64,000 nucleotides of DNA from the NCBI GenBank assembly GCA_023381695.1, contig JAMCQP010000057.1:2376-66375 (forward strand). The letters are read 5' to 3'. The notes beneath the pieces were generated by a model. The model was given only the letters and a program-made list of their open reading frames with translations. It ran no database searches and was not told where the DNA came from. The position numbers and the translations under genes were made by a program. Position 1 is the stretch's first letter, and each line of letters opens with the position of its first letter. Below are positions 44,416-53,286 of the stretch, in pieces. Source of the stretch: Bacillota bacterium. GTDB lineage: Bacteria > Bacillota > UBA5301 > JAMCQP01.

Positions 44416-45293
44416 CTGTTCCCCCCTGTCTCATAGTAGACCCAGCGCGCCGATGTCTTGAAGATCAGAACCGTGCAAAGAAGGATGATGCCGAACAAGA
44501 CCCAGGCCAGAGCGCTGGCGTAGCCCATCTTGAAATATGAAAAGGCGTTGCGGAACAGATACAAAGCGTAAACCAGGGTGGCGTTCGCGGGGCCGCCGTT
44601 GGTCATGATCAGAGGCTGCGCAAAGATCTGAAACGAGCCGATCACCCCCATGATCACATTGAAGAAAACCGCCGGGGAGATCATGGGCAGGGTGATGCGG
44701 AAAAGCTTCTGCCAGGCCCCCGCGCCGTCCAGCTCCGCGGCTTCAAGAAGTTGTTGCGGCACCTCCTGAAGCGCGGCCAGGTAGATGATCACCGAGGGAC
44801 CCACGCCCCAGAGGCCGGTGAGAATCAAGGCCGGCTTCGCCCAGACCATGTCCCTCAGCCAGTTGGGTCCCGAGATGCCCAGCCAGCCCAAAAAGGTGTT
44901 GATGGGACCGTAGGCCGGGTTCAAAAGCCACATCCAGACTATGGAGGTGGCCACGATGGGGACCACCGATGGCACGTAATAGATGGTGCGGTAGAACGCC
45001 AGGCCGCGGATCTTCTGATTCAAAAGCACCGCCAGCCCCACGGAGAAGATGGTGGTCACCGGGAGCCCCACGACGGTCAAGTAAAAAGTGTTGTACAGCG
45101 AAGTCCAGAAAAGTTCATCGCCCAGCAACTCCCGGAAGTTGGCGGCGCCAATCCACTGGGGCGTCTTGATGAGATTGTAATCGGTGAAGGAATAATATAG
45201 CGAGGCGCCCATCGGATACAGGGTAAACCAGAGAAAGCCGATGATCCATGGCGAAACGAAGAACAACCCGTAAAAGAGGCGGCGTCTTTGCAT
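44412..45293 (-). CDS. Carbohydrate ABC transporter permease (CUT1)
   Basis: The likely start is the ATG at about 45293 (MQRRRLFYGLFFVSPWIIGF...). The track ORF extends to 45479. EAA loop EAAELDGAGAWQKLFRITLP. Confidence 0.8.
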   Translation of the reverse strand: MQRRRLFYGLFFVSPWIIGFLWFTLYPMGASLYYSFTDYNLIKTPQWIGAANFRELLGDELFWTSLYNTFYLTVVGLPVTTIFSVGLAVLLNQKIRGLAFYRTIYYVPSVVPIVATSIVWMWLLNPAYGPINTFLGWLGISGPNWLRDMVWAKPALILTGLWGVGPSVIIYLAALQEVPQQLLEAAELDGAGAWQKLFRITLPMISPAVFFNVIMGVIGSFQIFAQPLIMTNGGPANATLVYALYLFRNAFSYFKMGYASALAWVLFGIILLCTVLIFKTSARWVYYETGGNR

Positions 45294-45533
45294 CCTTGTC
45301 AGGCGATGGAGCCGGGGCACGGTGGCAGCAGACAAGATTAATCCCTCTTTTCCTGTTAATCCTTGCGGCGGCTCGCTCCCGGCGTCCGGAAATTCAGATT
45401 TCCCGCCGGGCCGCTCCCGGCCATCCCTGGCCTTCGCGGCACCTTGACCTCGTGTCAAACGGAGCGTCCCGCCGTACATTTGTCATCCATCAGGATCGCC
45501 AATTTCCCGCCGGCCTGAAACCGGCATTGTACA

Positions 45534-46841
45534 TTACTTGGCCTTGTCCAGAGCCGCCTGGATCTTCCTGGTTACCTCGTCAAGAGCCTCTTTGGCCGGT
45601 TTTTTACCGAGAACGACGGCTTCTTCGGCGCTGCCAATCTCCGTGGCGTACATGTTCGCCACCGGAATCTGCGGCCAATGACGCGCATTGGCGCTGCCCA
45701 AAAGTCTCATGAAGACGCGGAAGTTGGCGTCCGTGGTGAATTCAGGGTCGTCGGCCAGGCTCTTGAAGGCCGGGACGTTGTGCAACGCCGCCGCGAACTT
45801 GCCGGCATTCCTGGGCTGCTCCATCCACCTGATGAACTCCCAGGCTTCGCTGGCGTGCTTGCTCCCCTTCGGGATCACCAGGAGGCTGCCGACGGTGGTC
45901 GTTGCGCCGTAAGCGCCGGGTTTATCCTTCGGCGACGGGAAGGGCGCGGCTCCCCAGTTGAGTTTGGGCGCAAACTTGGGAATAAAGGCAGCCTGCCATT
46001 CCCCTTCCACCACCATCGCCACCTTGCCGGTGTAGAAAGCGTAGTTGCCGGTGGCGTACGCGCCGAAGCCAGATTTAAAGGTACTGATCGATTTTACGTC
46101 GTACTTCTTGTAAAAACCTTGTTCCCACTCCAGGGCCCGGACAATCTCGGCATCGTTGGCGGTGATCTTCTTGTTCCTGGCATCATAGAAGGAGCCGCCA
46201 AAGGCCGGGCCGTACAGGTCGAAATGCCCCCAGGGGAAGTCAGGCAAAAAGCCGATCTGCGCGATCTTCCCGTCCTTGTCCCTGACGGTCAGCTTCTCAA
46301 CCATGGCATCCAGTTCCTCGATGGTTTTGGGCGCCTTCTCGGGATCCAGGCCGGCCTTCTTGAAGAGGTCTTTGTTCCAGAGCAGAGCGTATGTATCCTG
46401 GTTGAGCGCCAACCCGTAGGTTTTGCCCCCAAACCGGCCCATCTGCAATGAGATCGGGTAAAAGTCGCTCAGGTCATACTTGGACTTTGAGATATAGCTG
46501 TCCAGAGGAGTAAGCGCGCCGTTATGGGCCCATTCCGGCAGGTAGTCTGAACCAAGGTTGGCGACGTCGGGCGCCGTGCCGCCGGAAACCGCCGTCAGAA
46601 GCTTCTGGTGGTGGTTGGACCAGCCACCCTGGGAGATGCCCTGGACCTGGATGTCCTCATGGGTCTTGTTGAACTCGGCAATAAGCCCTTCCAGCGCCTT
46701 GGCCTCATCACCCGTCCAGCTGTGCCAGAATGTGACGGTGGTCCTGGCTCCGGCGGGAACGATGCCCAGAACAAGCACAGCCAGTGACAAGATCAATGCA
46801 AACAGGGTAAACTTTGCCGCCAGACGTTTTTTGCTCGCCAT
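45534..46841 (-). CDS. Carbohydrate ABC transporter substrate-binding protein
   Basis: 435 aa with signal-like MASKKRLAAKFTLFALILSLAVLVLGIVPAGA. It is the first gene of the minus-strand locus. Confidence 0.85.
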   Translation of the reverse strand: MASKKRLAAKFTLFALILSLAVLVLGIVPAGARTTVTFWHSWTGDEAKALEGLIAEFNKTHEDIQVQGISQGGWSNHHQKLLTAVSGGTAPDVANLGSDYLPEWAHNGALTPLDSYISKSKYDLSDFYPISLQMGRFGGKTYGLALNQDTYALLWNKDLFKKAGLDPEKAPKTIEELDAMVEKLTVRDKDGKIAQIGFLPDFPWGHFDLYGPAFGGSFYDARNKKITANDAEIVRALEWEQGFYKKYDVKSISTFKSGFGAYATGNYAFYTGKVAMVVEGEWQAAFIPKFAPKLNWGAAPFPSPKDKPGAYGATTTVGSLLVIPKGSKHASEAWEFIRWMEQPRNAGKFAAALHNVPAFKSLADDPEFTTDANFRVFMRLLGSANARHWPQIPVANMYATEIGSAEEAVVLGKKPAKEALDEVTRKIQAALDKAK

Positions 46842-46958
46842 TGTCTTTCCTCCTTCTGTTCATCTGGAACTTTTCCTATGCGGTTTTCCGGCAATCCGGC
46901 AATTGGATCCATACCACCTCCTTGAGGCTCTTCCCTGGAGTATCCCAGCTGGAAATCT

Positions 46959-46991
46959 TTGTGGTCTATACAAATAATGGTCTAGACCATT
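46959..46991. promoter_or_regulatory. Two adjacent dre/NagR-type (GntR/HutC family) operator sites
   Basis: AATGGTCTAGACCATT (46976-46991) is a perfect 16-bp palindrome containing the dre core TGGTCTAGACCA. TTGTGGTCTATACAAA (46959-46974) is a degenerate copy. Both lie about 120-150 nt upstream of the locus start. Confidence 0.65.
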
Positions 46992-47295
46992 TACTCGTAG
47001 CATATATTCGACACGTACACCCAGGATCCTCCTGCAATTGAAGGATTCCCCAGCGGGAAACGACATGAAGAAAGGCGGGACTTTTGCCCGCCAAATCTGA
47101 AACATCTGCCTTATCAAGATCCACGGCCTGCTGGATCGCTTTAACCTCCGCCCCCGGCAACACCTCTTTGTTGGACAGTCCCAGCAGTTCCTGGGCCACG
47201 CCAAGGTTGGCAAAGATCTGCTGGTCCTCGGCTCCGCCCGTGGTCACAATTCCCCTGACCACCAGCGTCTTGCTCCGGCCGCCGGCACTTACCAC
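46966..47295 (-). pseudogene. Truncated, frameshifted fragment of an FtsX/MacB-type ABC permease
   Basis: RSKTLVVRGIVTTGGAEDQQIFANLGVAQELLGL matches the end of the FtsX-family extracytoplasmic domain. No TM2-4 follow. The frame then runs into the AT-rich promoter region. Confidence 0.5.
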
Positions 47296-48293
47296 AAGGC
47301 TATCTCCCGGCCGTCCACCGCCGTAACCGTTACCGGCGCCGGGTCATACGACTTTGCTCCCACAAACAGCGTGGAAGCCAAAACCAGAATTATCAGCGCC
47401 GTGACCCCGGCCATGGCGTATTTCCACGTCTGGAGCCTGCGCGCTTCCGCAAGCTTCTTGCGCCTCATGGCCGGCGTTTCCGAAACAGCTTCCGGGATCA
47501 TCCCGGAAGTTTCCCCGCCATGGCCTTCCCTGGCGGCGCCGGTCGCAGCCGCGGGCGCCTGGGCGCCAAACAGGATCGTCGCCACCGGCGCCGCCAGAAG
47601 TGCCATCAGAATGAAAGTGGATGTGCCATCCCTGACGATCCAGCCGATCACCCGCATAACCACGGGCGCAAGGGGGATAATTTGCGCCTCTCCCCATTCG
47701 TGGAGGCCGCCGGCCAGAAGTTTGACCACCAGCAGCAACAAAATCACGCTGGTCACGTTGAAAAATCTTTTCAGGTTAATGTGGACACTGCCCCGGATAA
47801 AATAGACCGCAAAGAGCGCCGCCAGGGCAATCCCCAACAAACCGCCGGCGAATTGCAGGACGCCGCTGCCCGTCAGCGAGAGCGCCGCCAGAAAGAGGAC
47901 GGTCTCGAGGCCCTCTCGAAAAACCATCACAAATGTAAAGAGCCCCAGGCCGAGCCCACCCCTGGCGGGAGATTGGACGATCCCGCCGAGCCGGTCCTCC
48001 ATCTCCCGTTTCATGCCCCGCGCCGCGCGCCACATCCACCCCACCATCGCCGCCACCAACAACCCCGCCACCCAGTACATAAGCCCTTCCACCAGCTCAT
48101 TTTCGGCGTTCAGGTTGAGCACCCCGACCAGAAGCGCTCCCAGCAGGCTGGCGACCACCGCCGCGGCCAGACCCATGTAAACCGGCCGGTTGAGTTCCGG
48201 GCGGCCAATCCGTCTCAGATAAGCCAGGATAATTCCCAGCACCAGTGCCGCCTCGATTCCTTCCCGTAAAGTTATGACCAGCGCTTCAACCAT
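47289..48293 (-). CDS. FTR1-family high-affinity iron permease (EfeU-like) with an atypical C-terminal extension
   Basis: It has two REGxE motifs (TLREGIEAAL, VFREGLETVLF). About 90 extra C-terminal residues include an additional TM segment (WKYAMAGVTALIILVLASTLFVGA). Confidence 0.8.
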   Translation of the reverse strand: MVEALVITLREGIEAALVLGIILAYLRRIGRPELNRPVYMGLAAAVVASLLGALLVGVLNLNAENELVEGLMYWVAGLLVAAMVGWMWRAARGMKREMEDRLGGIVQSPARGGLGLGLFTFVMVFREGLETVLFLAALSLTGSGVLQFAGGLLGIALAALFAVYFIRGSVHINLKRFFNVTSVILLLLVVKLLAGGLHEWGEAQIIPLAPVVMRVIGWIVRDGTSTFILMALLAAPVATILFGAQAPAAATGAAREGHGGETSGMIPEAVSETPAMRRKKLAEARRLQTWKYAMAGVTALIILVLASTLFVGAKSYDPAPVTVTAVDGREIALW

Positions 48294-48334
48294 TCTTTAC
48301 CCACCCCCCGGTTTAAAGTTTGACAGTCACCGTG

Positions 48335-48379
48335 TGATAATTGTTCTCAACAAGACGGTGCAATTGAGAATCGTTATCA
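48335..48379. promoter_or_regulatory. Two Fur-box-like 7-1-7 sites in inverted orientation
   Basis: TGATAATtGTTCTCA (48335-48349) and TGAGAATcGTTATCA (48365-48379), compared with the consensus TGATAATnATTATCA. They lie 40-85 nt upstream of the FTR1 start. Confidence 0.55.
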
Positions 48380-48565
48380 CTTTTAAGTATAGTACTATGG
48401 TCCGTCGTTGTCAACAAAAACTTCTGGAGAAAAAAGGAGGAAGATCCATGGCCCTGTCGAATATGTTTATTAAATTAGTTTACTAACGTGGCTTCCCTGA
48501 TTTCCATGCCTTTTTTCCATGCCTTTTATAGTGGCGAAATACCTGATAACACCTATGGAGTGCTT

Positions 48566-49891
48566 ATGATGGACAAAAGATCGCGCGGACGCAACCTGAT
48601 CAGCATCAAAAAACACAACCGGGCGGTGATCCTCAACATTTTGCGCCAGCGCGGCCCCATTTCCCGGGCCGAAATCGCGCGCATCAGCAAGCTGACACCC
48701 CCGACCGTTTCCAATCTCGTTTCGGAGCTGGCCGGATCGGAATTTATCCGGGAAATCGGCGCCGGGGATTCCTACCGAAGCGGCGGCCGCCGCCCTACCC
48801 TTCTGACGCTCAACCCCGAGGCGGGGTACGTGGTGGGAATCAAAATCGGGGTAACCTTGCTGGAAGCGATTCTTACGGATCTGGAGGGAAGAATCCTCCA
48901 CCGCGCCCAGACCGGCAAGGTTGCCGGAGAGAACCCCGGAGCCGTGGTCGATCAGCTGGCCGGCCTTGTCCAAAGCCTTCTGAATCAGTCAAACCTTCCC
49001 CGGGAGAGGCTCCTGGGCATCGGCGCGGCGTCATCCGGCGTGATCAACAGCGAAAAGGGCATTGTCCGCCGTTCCAGCCTTCTCCAGTGGAAGGATGTGC
49101 CGCTCGCCCAGCTTATTGAAGAACGCTTCCCGGTTCCCGTCTTTATAGAAAACGATGCCAACGTGGTGGCTCTGGCCGAAAAATGGCACGGCGCCGCGGT
49201 AAATGAAAGCAACGTGATTTGCATCACCATCGGCGTGGGGATTGGGGCCGGGATCATTATCGGCGGCGAGTTGTACGGCGGTTCGCACCACGGAGCCGGT
49301 GAGATCGGCCATATTGTGGTCGACCGCCAGGGGCCGGTCTGCAACTGCGGCAAACGCGGTTGCCTGGAAGCGCTGGCTTCCGACGGCGCCATTGCCCGGA
49401 GAGCAGCCATGGCCCTTGCCGAAAGAAACCTTCCGGCTTCCGCCTGGGCGCATGCCGCGCAAAAAGGCCCCGGCGCTCCCCAATCAAACGCCGCGACAAG
49501 TGTTGAATTTACCGCCGATGACGTCAGCCGGGCCGCCGAAGCCGGCGATCCGCTGGCCCGCGAGATCATGGAGGAGACCGGTAGATACATCGGAATCGGC
49601 ATCGCCAACATCGCCAACCTCATCGACCCGGAGATGATCATCCTGGGCGGAGAACGGATGGGGCAATCCGGCCACCTCCTGCTTGCGGCGGTAAAAGGCG
49701 CCGTCAATGAGCACCTCTTCTCCCAGCCGGCCGCGGGGCTCCGGATCATGCCTTCCCGTCTGGGAAACGACGCCTGGGTGATCGGCGCCGCCACCCTGGT
49801 GCTGAAGGAGTTCTTTCAGCCGGCCACGCACCGGCTGGAGAAACACCGGCTGGATACTAAAGTTACGCCTGCGGCAAAATCCGTTTTGTGA
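48566..49891 (+). CDS. ROK-family transcriptional regulator (NagC/XylR-like)
   Basis: Start ATG 48566 (GGAG 6 nt upstream). N-terminal wHTH NRAVILNILRQRGPISRAEIARISKLTPPTVSNLV. ROK Cys motif CNCGKRGCLE. Confidence 0.85.
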   Translation: MMDKRSRGRNLISIKKHNRAVILNILRQRGPISRAEIARISKLTPPTVSNLVSELAGSEFIREIGAGDSYRSGGRRPTLLTLNPEAGYVVGIKIGVTLLEAILTDLEGRILHRAQTGKVAGENPGAVVDQLAGLVQSLLNQSNLPRERLLGIGAASSGVINSEKGIVRRSSLLQWKDVPLAQLIEERFPVPVFIENDANVVALAEKWHGAAVNESNVICITIGVGIGAGIIIGGELYGGSHHGAGEIGHIVVDRQGPVCNCGKRGCLEALASDGAIARRAAMALAERNLPASAWAHAAQKGPGAPQSNAATSVEFTADDVSRAAEAGDPLAREIMEETGRYIGIGIANIANLIDPEMIILGGERMGQSGHLLLAAVKGAVNEHLFSQPAAGLRIMPSRLGNDAWVIGAATLVLKEFFQPATHRLEKHRLDTKVTPAAKSVL

Positions 49892-49997
49892 AAGGGCGGG
49901 ATATGCGGAGTAGCGAGGACCTCTCCGGGCCTATTTGGGTGAAATAGTGTGCTCCGAACTTATTTCCCACACAATTACTGACCAAGGAGGCGACAAC

Positions 49998-51275
49998 ATG
50001 TTCAAGAGAATTCTCTCATTGGGCACCGTGCTGGTCCTGCTGCTGGGGGTTTCCGTGGCGCAGGGCGCGGAAAAGAAAGTTGCAATCAAGTTCTTCACCG
50101 GCAAAGTGGAAACCGTGGAGTGGATGAATGATCTTATCAAGAAATTCCACGCGGAGAACCCGGGCATTGTGGTGGAACAGGAGTACCAGAAGGACGCCAG
50201 CAATGTCATAAAAGTGAAGTTTGCCTCGGGTGACATTCCGGACATCACCACCGTTTGGGACCAGGGTTTTGCGGATCAGGGCAAGTACCTCGACCTTTCC
50301 AAAGAGACCCGGTGGTGGTCCAGGGTGCAGCCGTCCATCAGAGAGCTGTGCACCGACCTCCGGTCGGGCAAGCAGTTCAGGATCGCCACAAACATGACCA
50401 TGGCCGGGATCTTCTACAACAAGAAGATCTTCTCCGAACTCGGTTTGAAGGAAGCGACCACGTGGGAGGAGTTCAAGAACAACCTCAAAAAGATCAAGCA
50501 GAAAAGGCCTGACGTAGTTCCAATGTTCGTCGGAGGCAAAGATTCCTGGATGCTGGGGCACCTCATCGAGTTCATGGCCCACGGGGCGGTCAAGCAGAAG
50601 TACGGCACAATGGGATCGAGGAAGGCATTCCTCAACAACGACGCCGAGAAGCTGGCCTTCGACGCATCGGGCGGCCCCATGGAGACTTTTGCAAAACGTA
50701 TCCTTGAACTCAAGGAAGAAGGGCTTTTCAACAACGATTTCCTGACCGCAACCTATGACAACCAGCTCGAAGCTTTCGCCACCGGTAAAGCTGCCGTGAT
50801 CAGCCAGGGCATGTGGGCGCTGTCAGGAATCCTCGAGAAAAACAAGGCTATAAAGGACAATATCGGGTTTGCTCCGTACCCGCCGATTATGGACGGAACA
50901 AAGCCGGTGATCCTCTCCGCGGAGGATTCGGCCTACCTGATCCCGGCGGAGTCCAAGCACAAGGAAGAAGCCAAAAAGTTCCTGGACTTCCTCTTCAGGC
51001 CGGAAAACTTGAAGGCCTACAGCGAGTTCCTGAAGGCTCCCTCCGCCTTTACTGACGTGAACGCCGACTGGGGTCCGCTGAAGGATGAGGTGGCAAAGGC
51101 TCTCAAGAAGGGCGTCAACATCGGGTTTACGACCGAAGCGCCTCCCGGATTCTCCGGGGACGATGCGGGTCGAATGGTGCAGGAGTTATACACCGGCAGG
51201 TATAAAACCCCGGCTGAGTTTGCGAAAGCCTACAAAGCCGCATGGGACAGAGCCTGGAACGCGGCAAGGAGATAA
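49998..51275 (+). CDS. Carbohydrate ABC transporter substrate-binding protein
   Basis: Start ATG 49998 after AAGGAGG. Signal peptide MFKRILSLGTVLVLLLGVSVAQG. Confidence 0.85.
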   Translation: MFKRILSLGTVLVLLLGVSVAQGAEKKVAIKFFTGKVETVEWMNDLIKKFHAENPGIVVEQEYQKDASNVIKVKFASGDIPDITTVWDQGFADQGKYLDLSKETRWWSRVQPSIRELCTDLRSGKQFRIATNMTMAGIFYNKKIFSELGLKEATTWEEFKNNLKKIKQKRPDVVPMFVGGKDSWMLGHLIEFMAHGAVKQKYGTMGSRKAFLNNDAEKLAFDASGGPMETFAKRILELKEEGLFNNDFLTATYDNQLEAFATGKAAVISQGMWALSGILEKNKAIKDNIGFAPYPPIMDGTKPVILSAEDSAYLIPAESKHKEEAKKFLDFLFRPENLKAYSEFLKAPSAFTDVNADWGPLKDEVAKALKKGVNIGFTTEAPPGFSGDDAGRMVQELYTGRYKTPAEFAKAYKAAWDRAWNAARR

Positions 51276-51316
51276 TGAGGACTCACGGAGATCGTAACGG
51301 CTGATGGTCTGATCAT

Positions 51317-51359
51317 GGGGTAATTGCCGCAGGCCGACAAAGCCTGTAGCAATTACCCC
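51317..51359 (+). other. Intercistronic stem-loop between the binding-protein and permease genes
   Basis: GGGGTAATTGC ... GCAATTACCCC forms a perfect 11-bp stem that encloses an inner hairpin CAGGC-cgacaaa-GCCTG. No T tract follows. Confidence 0.6.
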
Positions 51360-51444
51360 GACGATGGACGCAGACGTTGTCGCTGATGCTAAAGCCGAGG
51401 CTGAGCGGGTAGCGCGTGGAAACGAAAAGGAGATAGGCAAGAAC

Positions 51445-52329
51445 ATGGTTACACTGTCGCGAAGGATCGGAGCAAACCTGCATAAGTTCATGGCGCTTCC
51501 AGCCGTCATCCTGTTTGGGGTCTTTTTCGTTTATCCGCTTTTGAGAGGGATTGGGCTCAGTTTAACCGACTGGAACGGGATTTCCGCGCCGAGGTTCATT
51601 GGTCTGCGGAACTTCGTGGACTTCTTCAGGGACGACCGGGCGCTGAACGACGTCAAGAATACCGTTCTTTTTGCGCTTGGAAGCGCACCGCTTCTGAACA
51701 TATTCGGCCTACTGTACGCTCTTCTCCTCGACAGGAATTTTCGGGGCAAGAGCCTGGCGAGAACGATCGTTTACCTTCCCGCGATAATCAGCCCGCTGAT
51801 CATGGGATATATCTGGTATTTCATACTCCAGCCCGAGCGCGGGTTTTTACATAAGGTCCTGGAGAGCCTGAACGTGAGCTTTCTCGGCGATAATTGGCTC
51901 GCGAGCGGCAATACCGCCCTTGCGGTTCTGGTCCTCGTGAATGTGTGGCAATATGTGGGCATGACCATGGTCATCTACCTGGCCGGGCTTCAGTCTATAC
52001 CGGTGGAAATGTTCGAGGCAAGCAAAATCGATGGCGCCGGTTATTTTGTTACATTGAGGTATGTGACGCTTCCACTGCTCGCTCCGGCCATCAAGATCAA
52101 CGTCGTGACGAACATCATCGGCTCCCTGTCGGTGTTTGAGGTCATAATGGCCCTGACGGAAGGAGGGCCGGGATACAGCACGGAATCGCTCAGCATCTAC
52201 ATCATGAGGATGTGCTACGGGAACTTCACCGGCTACTCCACGGCTGTGGCCATCATCCTGTTTTTCATCATTCTGCTGCCCGTCGTCACATACCTGAGGC
52301 TCGCGAAATCAAGGGAAGTCGAGATCTGA
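51445..52329 (+). CDS. Carbohydrate ABC transporter permease (CUT1)
   Basis: Start ATG 51445 (MVTLSRRIGANLHKFMALPAVILFGVFF...). EAA loop FEASKIDGAGYFVTLRYVTLP. Confidence 0.85.
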   Translation: MVTLSRRIGANLHKFMALPAVILFGVFFVYPLLRGIGLSLTDWNGISAPRFIGLRNFVDFFRDDRALNDVKNTVLFALGSAPLLNIFGLLYALLLDRNFRGKSLARTIVYLPAIISPLIMGYIWYFILQPERGFLHKVLESLNVSFLGDNWLASGNTALAVLVLVNVWQYVGMTMVIYLAGLQSIPVEMFEASKIDGAGYFVTLRYVTLPLLAPAIKINVVTNIIGSLSVFEVIMALTEGGPGYSTESLSIYIMRMCYGNFTGYSTAVAIILFFIILLPVVTYLRLAKSREVEI

Positions 52330-52341
52330 GGAGGCAAAACC

Positions 52342-53166
52342 ATGAAGAACCCGGCAGGAACATTTGCGCGATCTTTGATCATCGTCCTCATCACGTTGAC
52401 CTCTATAACGCCTTTCTACGTACTTCTCCTGATTGCGCTCAATTCGCCGTCCCGTCGCCTCGCGGACCGGCTGTTCTTCCTGCCCGAGTTCTACTTTCGC
52501 AACTTTGCCGATGCCTGGCGGCTCTCGTCCATGGGGACGGCTATTATGAATTCCATCATCATCACGGGAGGGGCCCTTGCCATCGTCGTACTGGTGGCAA
52601 GCTGCGCCGGGTATGCCATCGCCAGATTCCCGACAAGGTTTCACAGAATGGTATTCAACACCTTTCTCTTTTGCATGATGATCCCTCCCATAATCAATAC
52701 CGTCCCGCTGTACACCTTGATGAGGTCTATAGGGGGAATAAACACCCGCTGGGCCATGATCCTGGTTAGCGCAGCAAATGTGCTCCCTTTTTCGGTCTTC
52801 CTCTACTCGAGTTTCATACGCTCATTCTCCCGGGAAATTGAGGAGGCTGCGCTTGTGGACGGATGCACGCGATTTTCGGCGTTCTGGATGGTCACCTTCC
52901 CTCTTCTGAAGCCTGTCACATCAGCAGTGGTGATCATCACCGGGCTTGGCATCTGGAACAACTACGCACAGGCTGTTTTTTTCCTCCAAAGGGAGTCCGT
53001 GCGCACCATCCCCCTCGCTGTGTCCATGTTTTTCCAGCAATACGGGGCGAGGTGGAACCTTATGGCCGCTGCGTCGGCCATCGGCATGGCCCCCGCGGTC
53101 CTGGTCTTCCTGCTATTCCAGAAATATTTCATCAAGGGTCTTGCCGCCGGGGCGGTAAAAGGCTAG
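52342..53166 (+). CDS. Carbohydrate ABC transporter permease (CUT1)
   Basis: 274 aa with EAA loop EEAALVDGCTRFSAFWMVTFP. Confidence 0.85.
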   Translation: MKNPAGTFARSLIIVLITLTSITPFYVLLLIALNSPSRRLADRLFFLPEFYFRNFADAWRLSSMGTAIMNSIIITGGALAIVVLVASCAGYAIARFPTRFHRMVFNTFLFCMMIPPIINTVPLYTLMRSIGGINTRWAMILVSAANVLPFSVFLYSSFIRSFSREIEEAALVDGCTRFSAFWMVTFPLLKPVTSAVVIITGLGIWNNYAQAVFFLQRESVRTIPLAVSMFFQQYGARWNLMAAASAIGMAPAVLVFLLFQKYFIKGLAAGAVKG

Positions 53167-53286
53167 GAGGAGGGATGCCCATTTCAAAAGCAGGCTGACG
53201 GCTTGTGATGCAACGGTGGCTATGTCTACCCCACCAACGGCGTTTTCAAACCAGGCGCTTTTGATATCACCAAGGAGGAAAAAACA

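Noticed and set aside
46860-47213. 117-aa minus-strand ORF upstream of the MurNAc locus
   Set aside because: It runs through the AT-rich promoter and operator region and overlaps the FtsX-like fragment in another frame. The translation is Cys/Arg-rich with no recognisable features.
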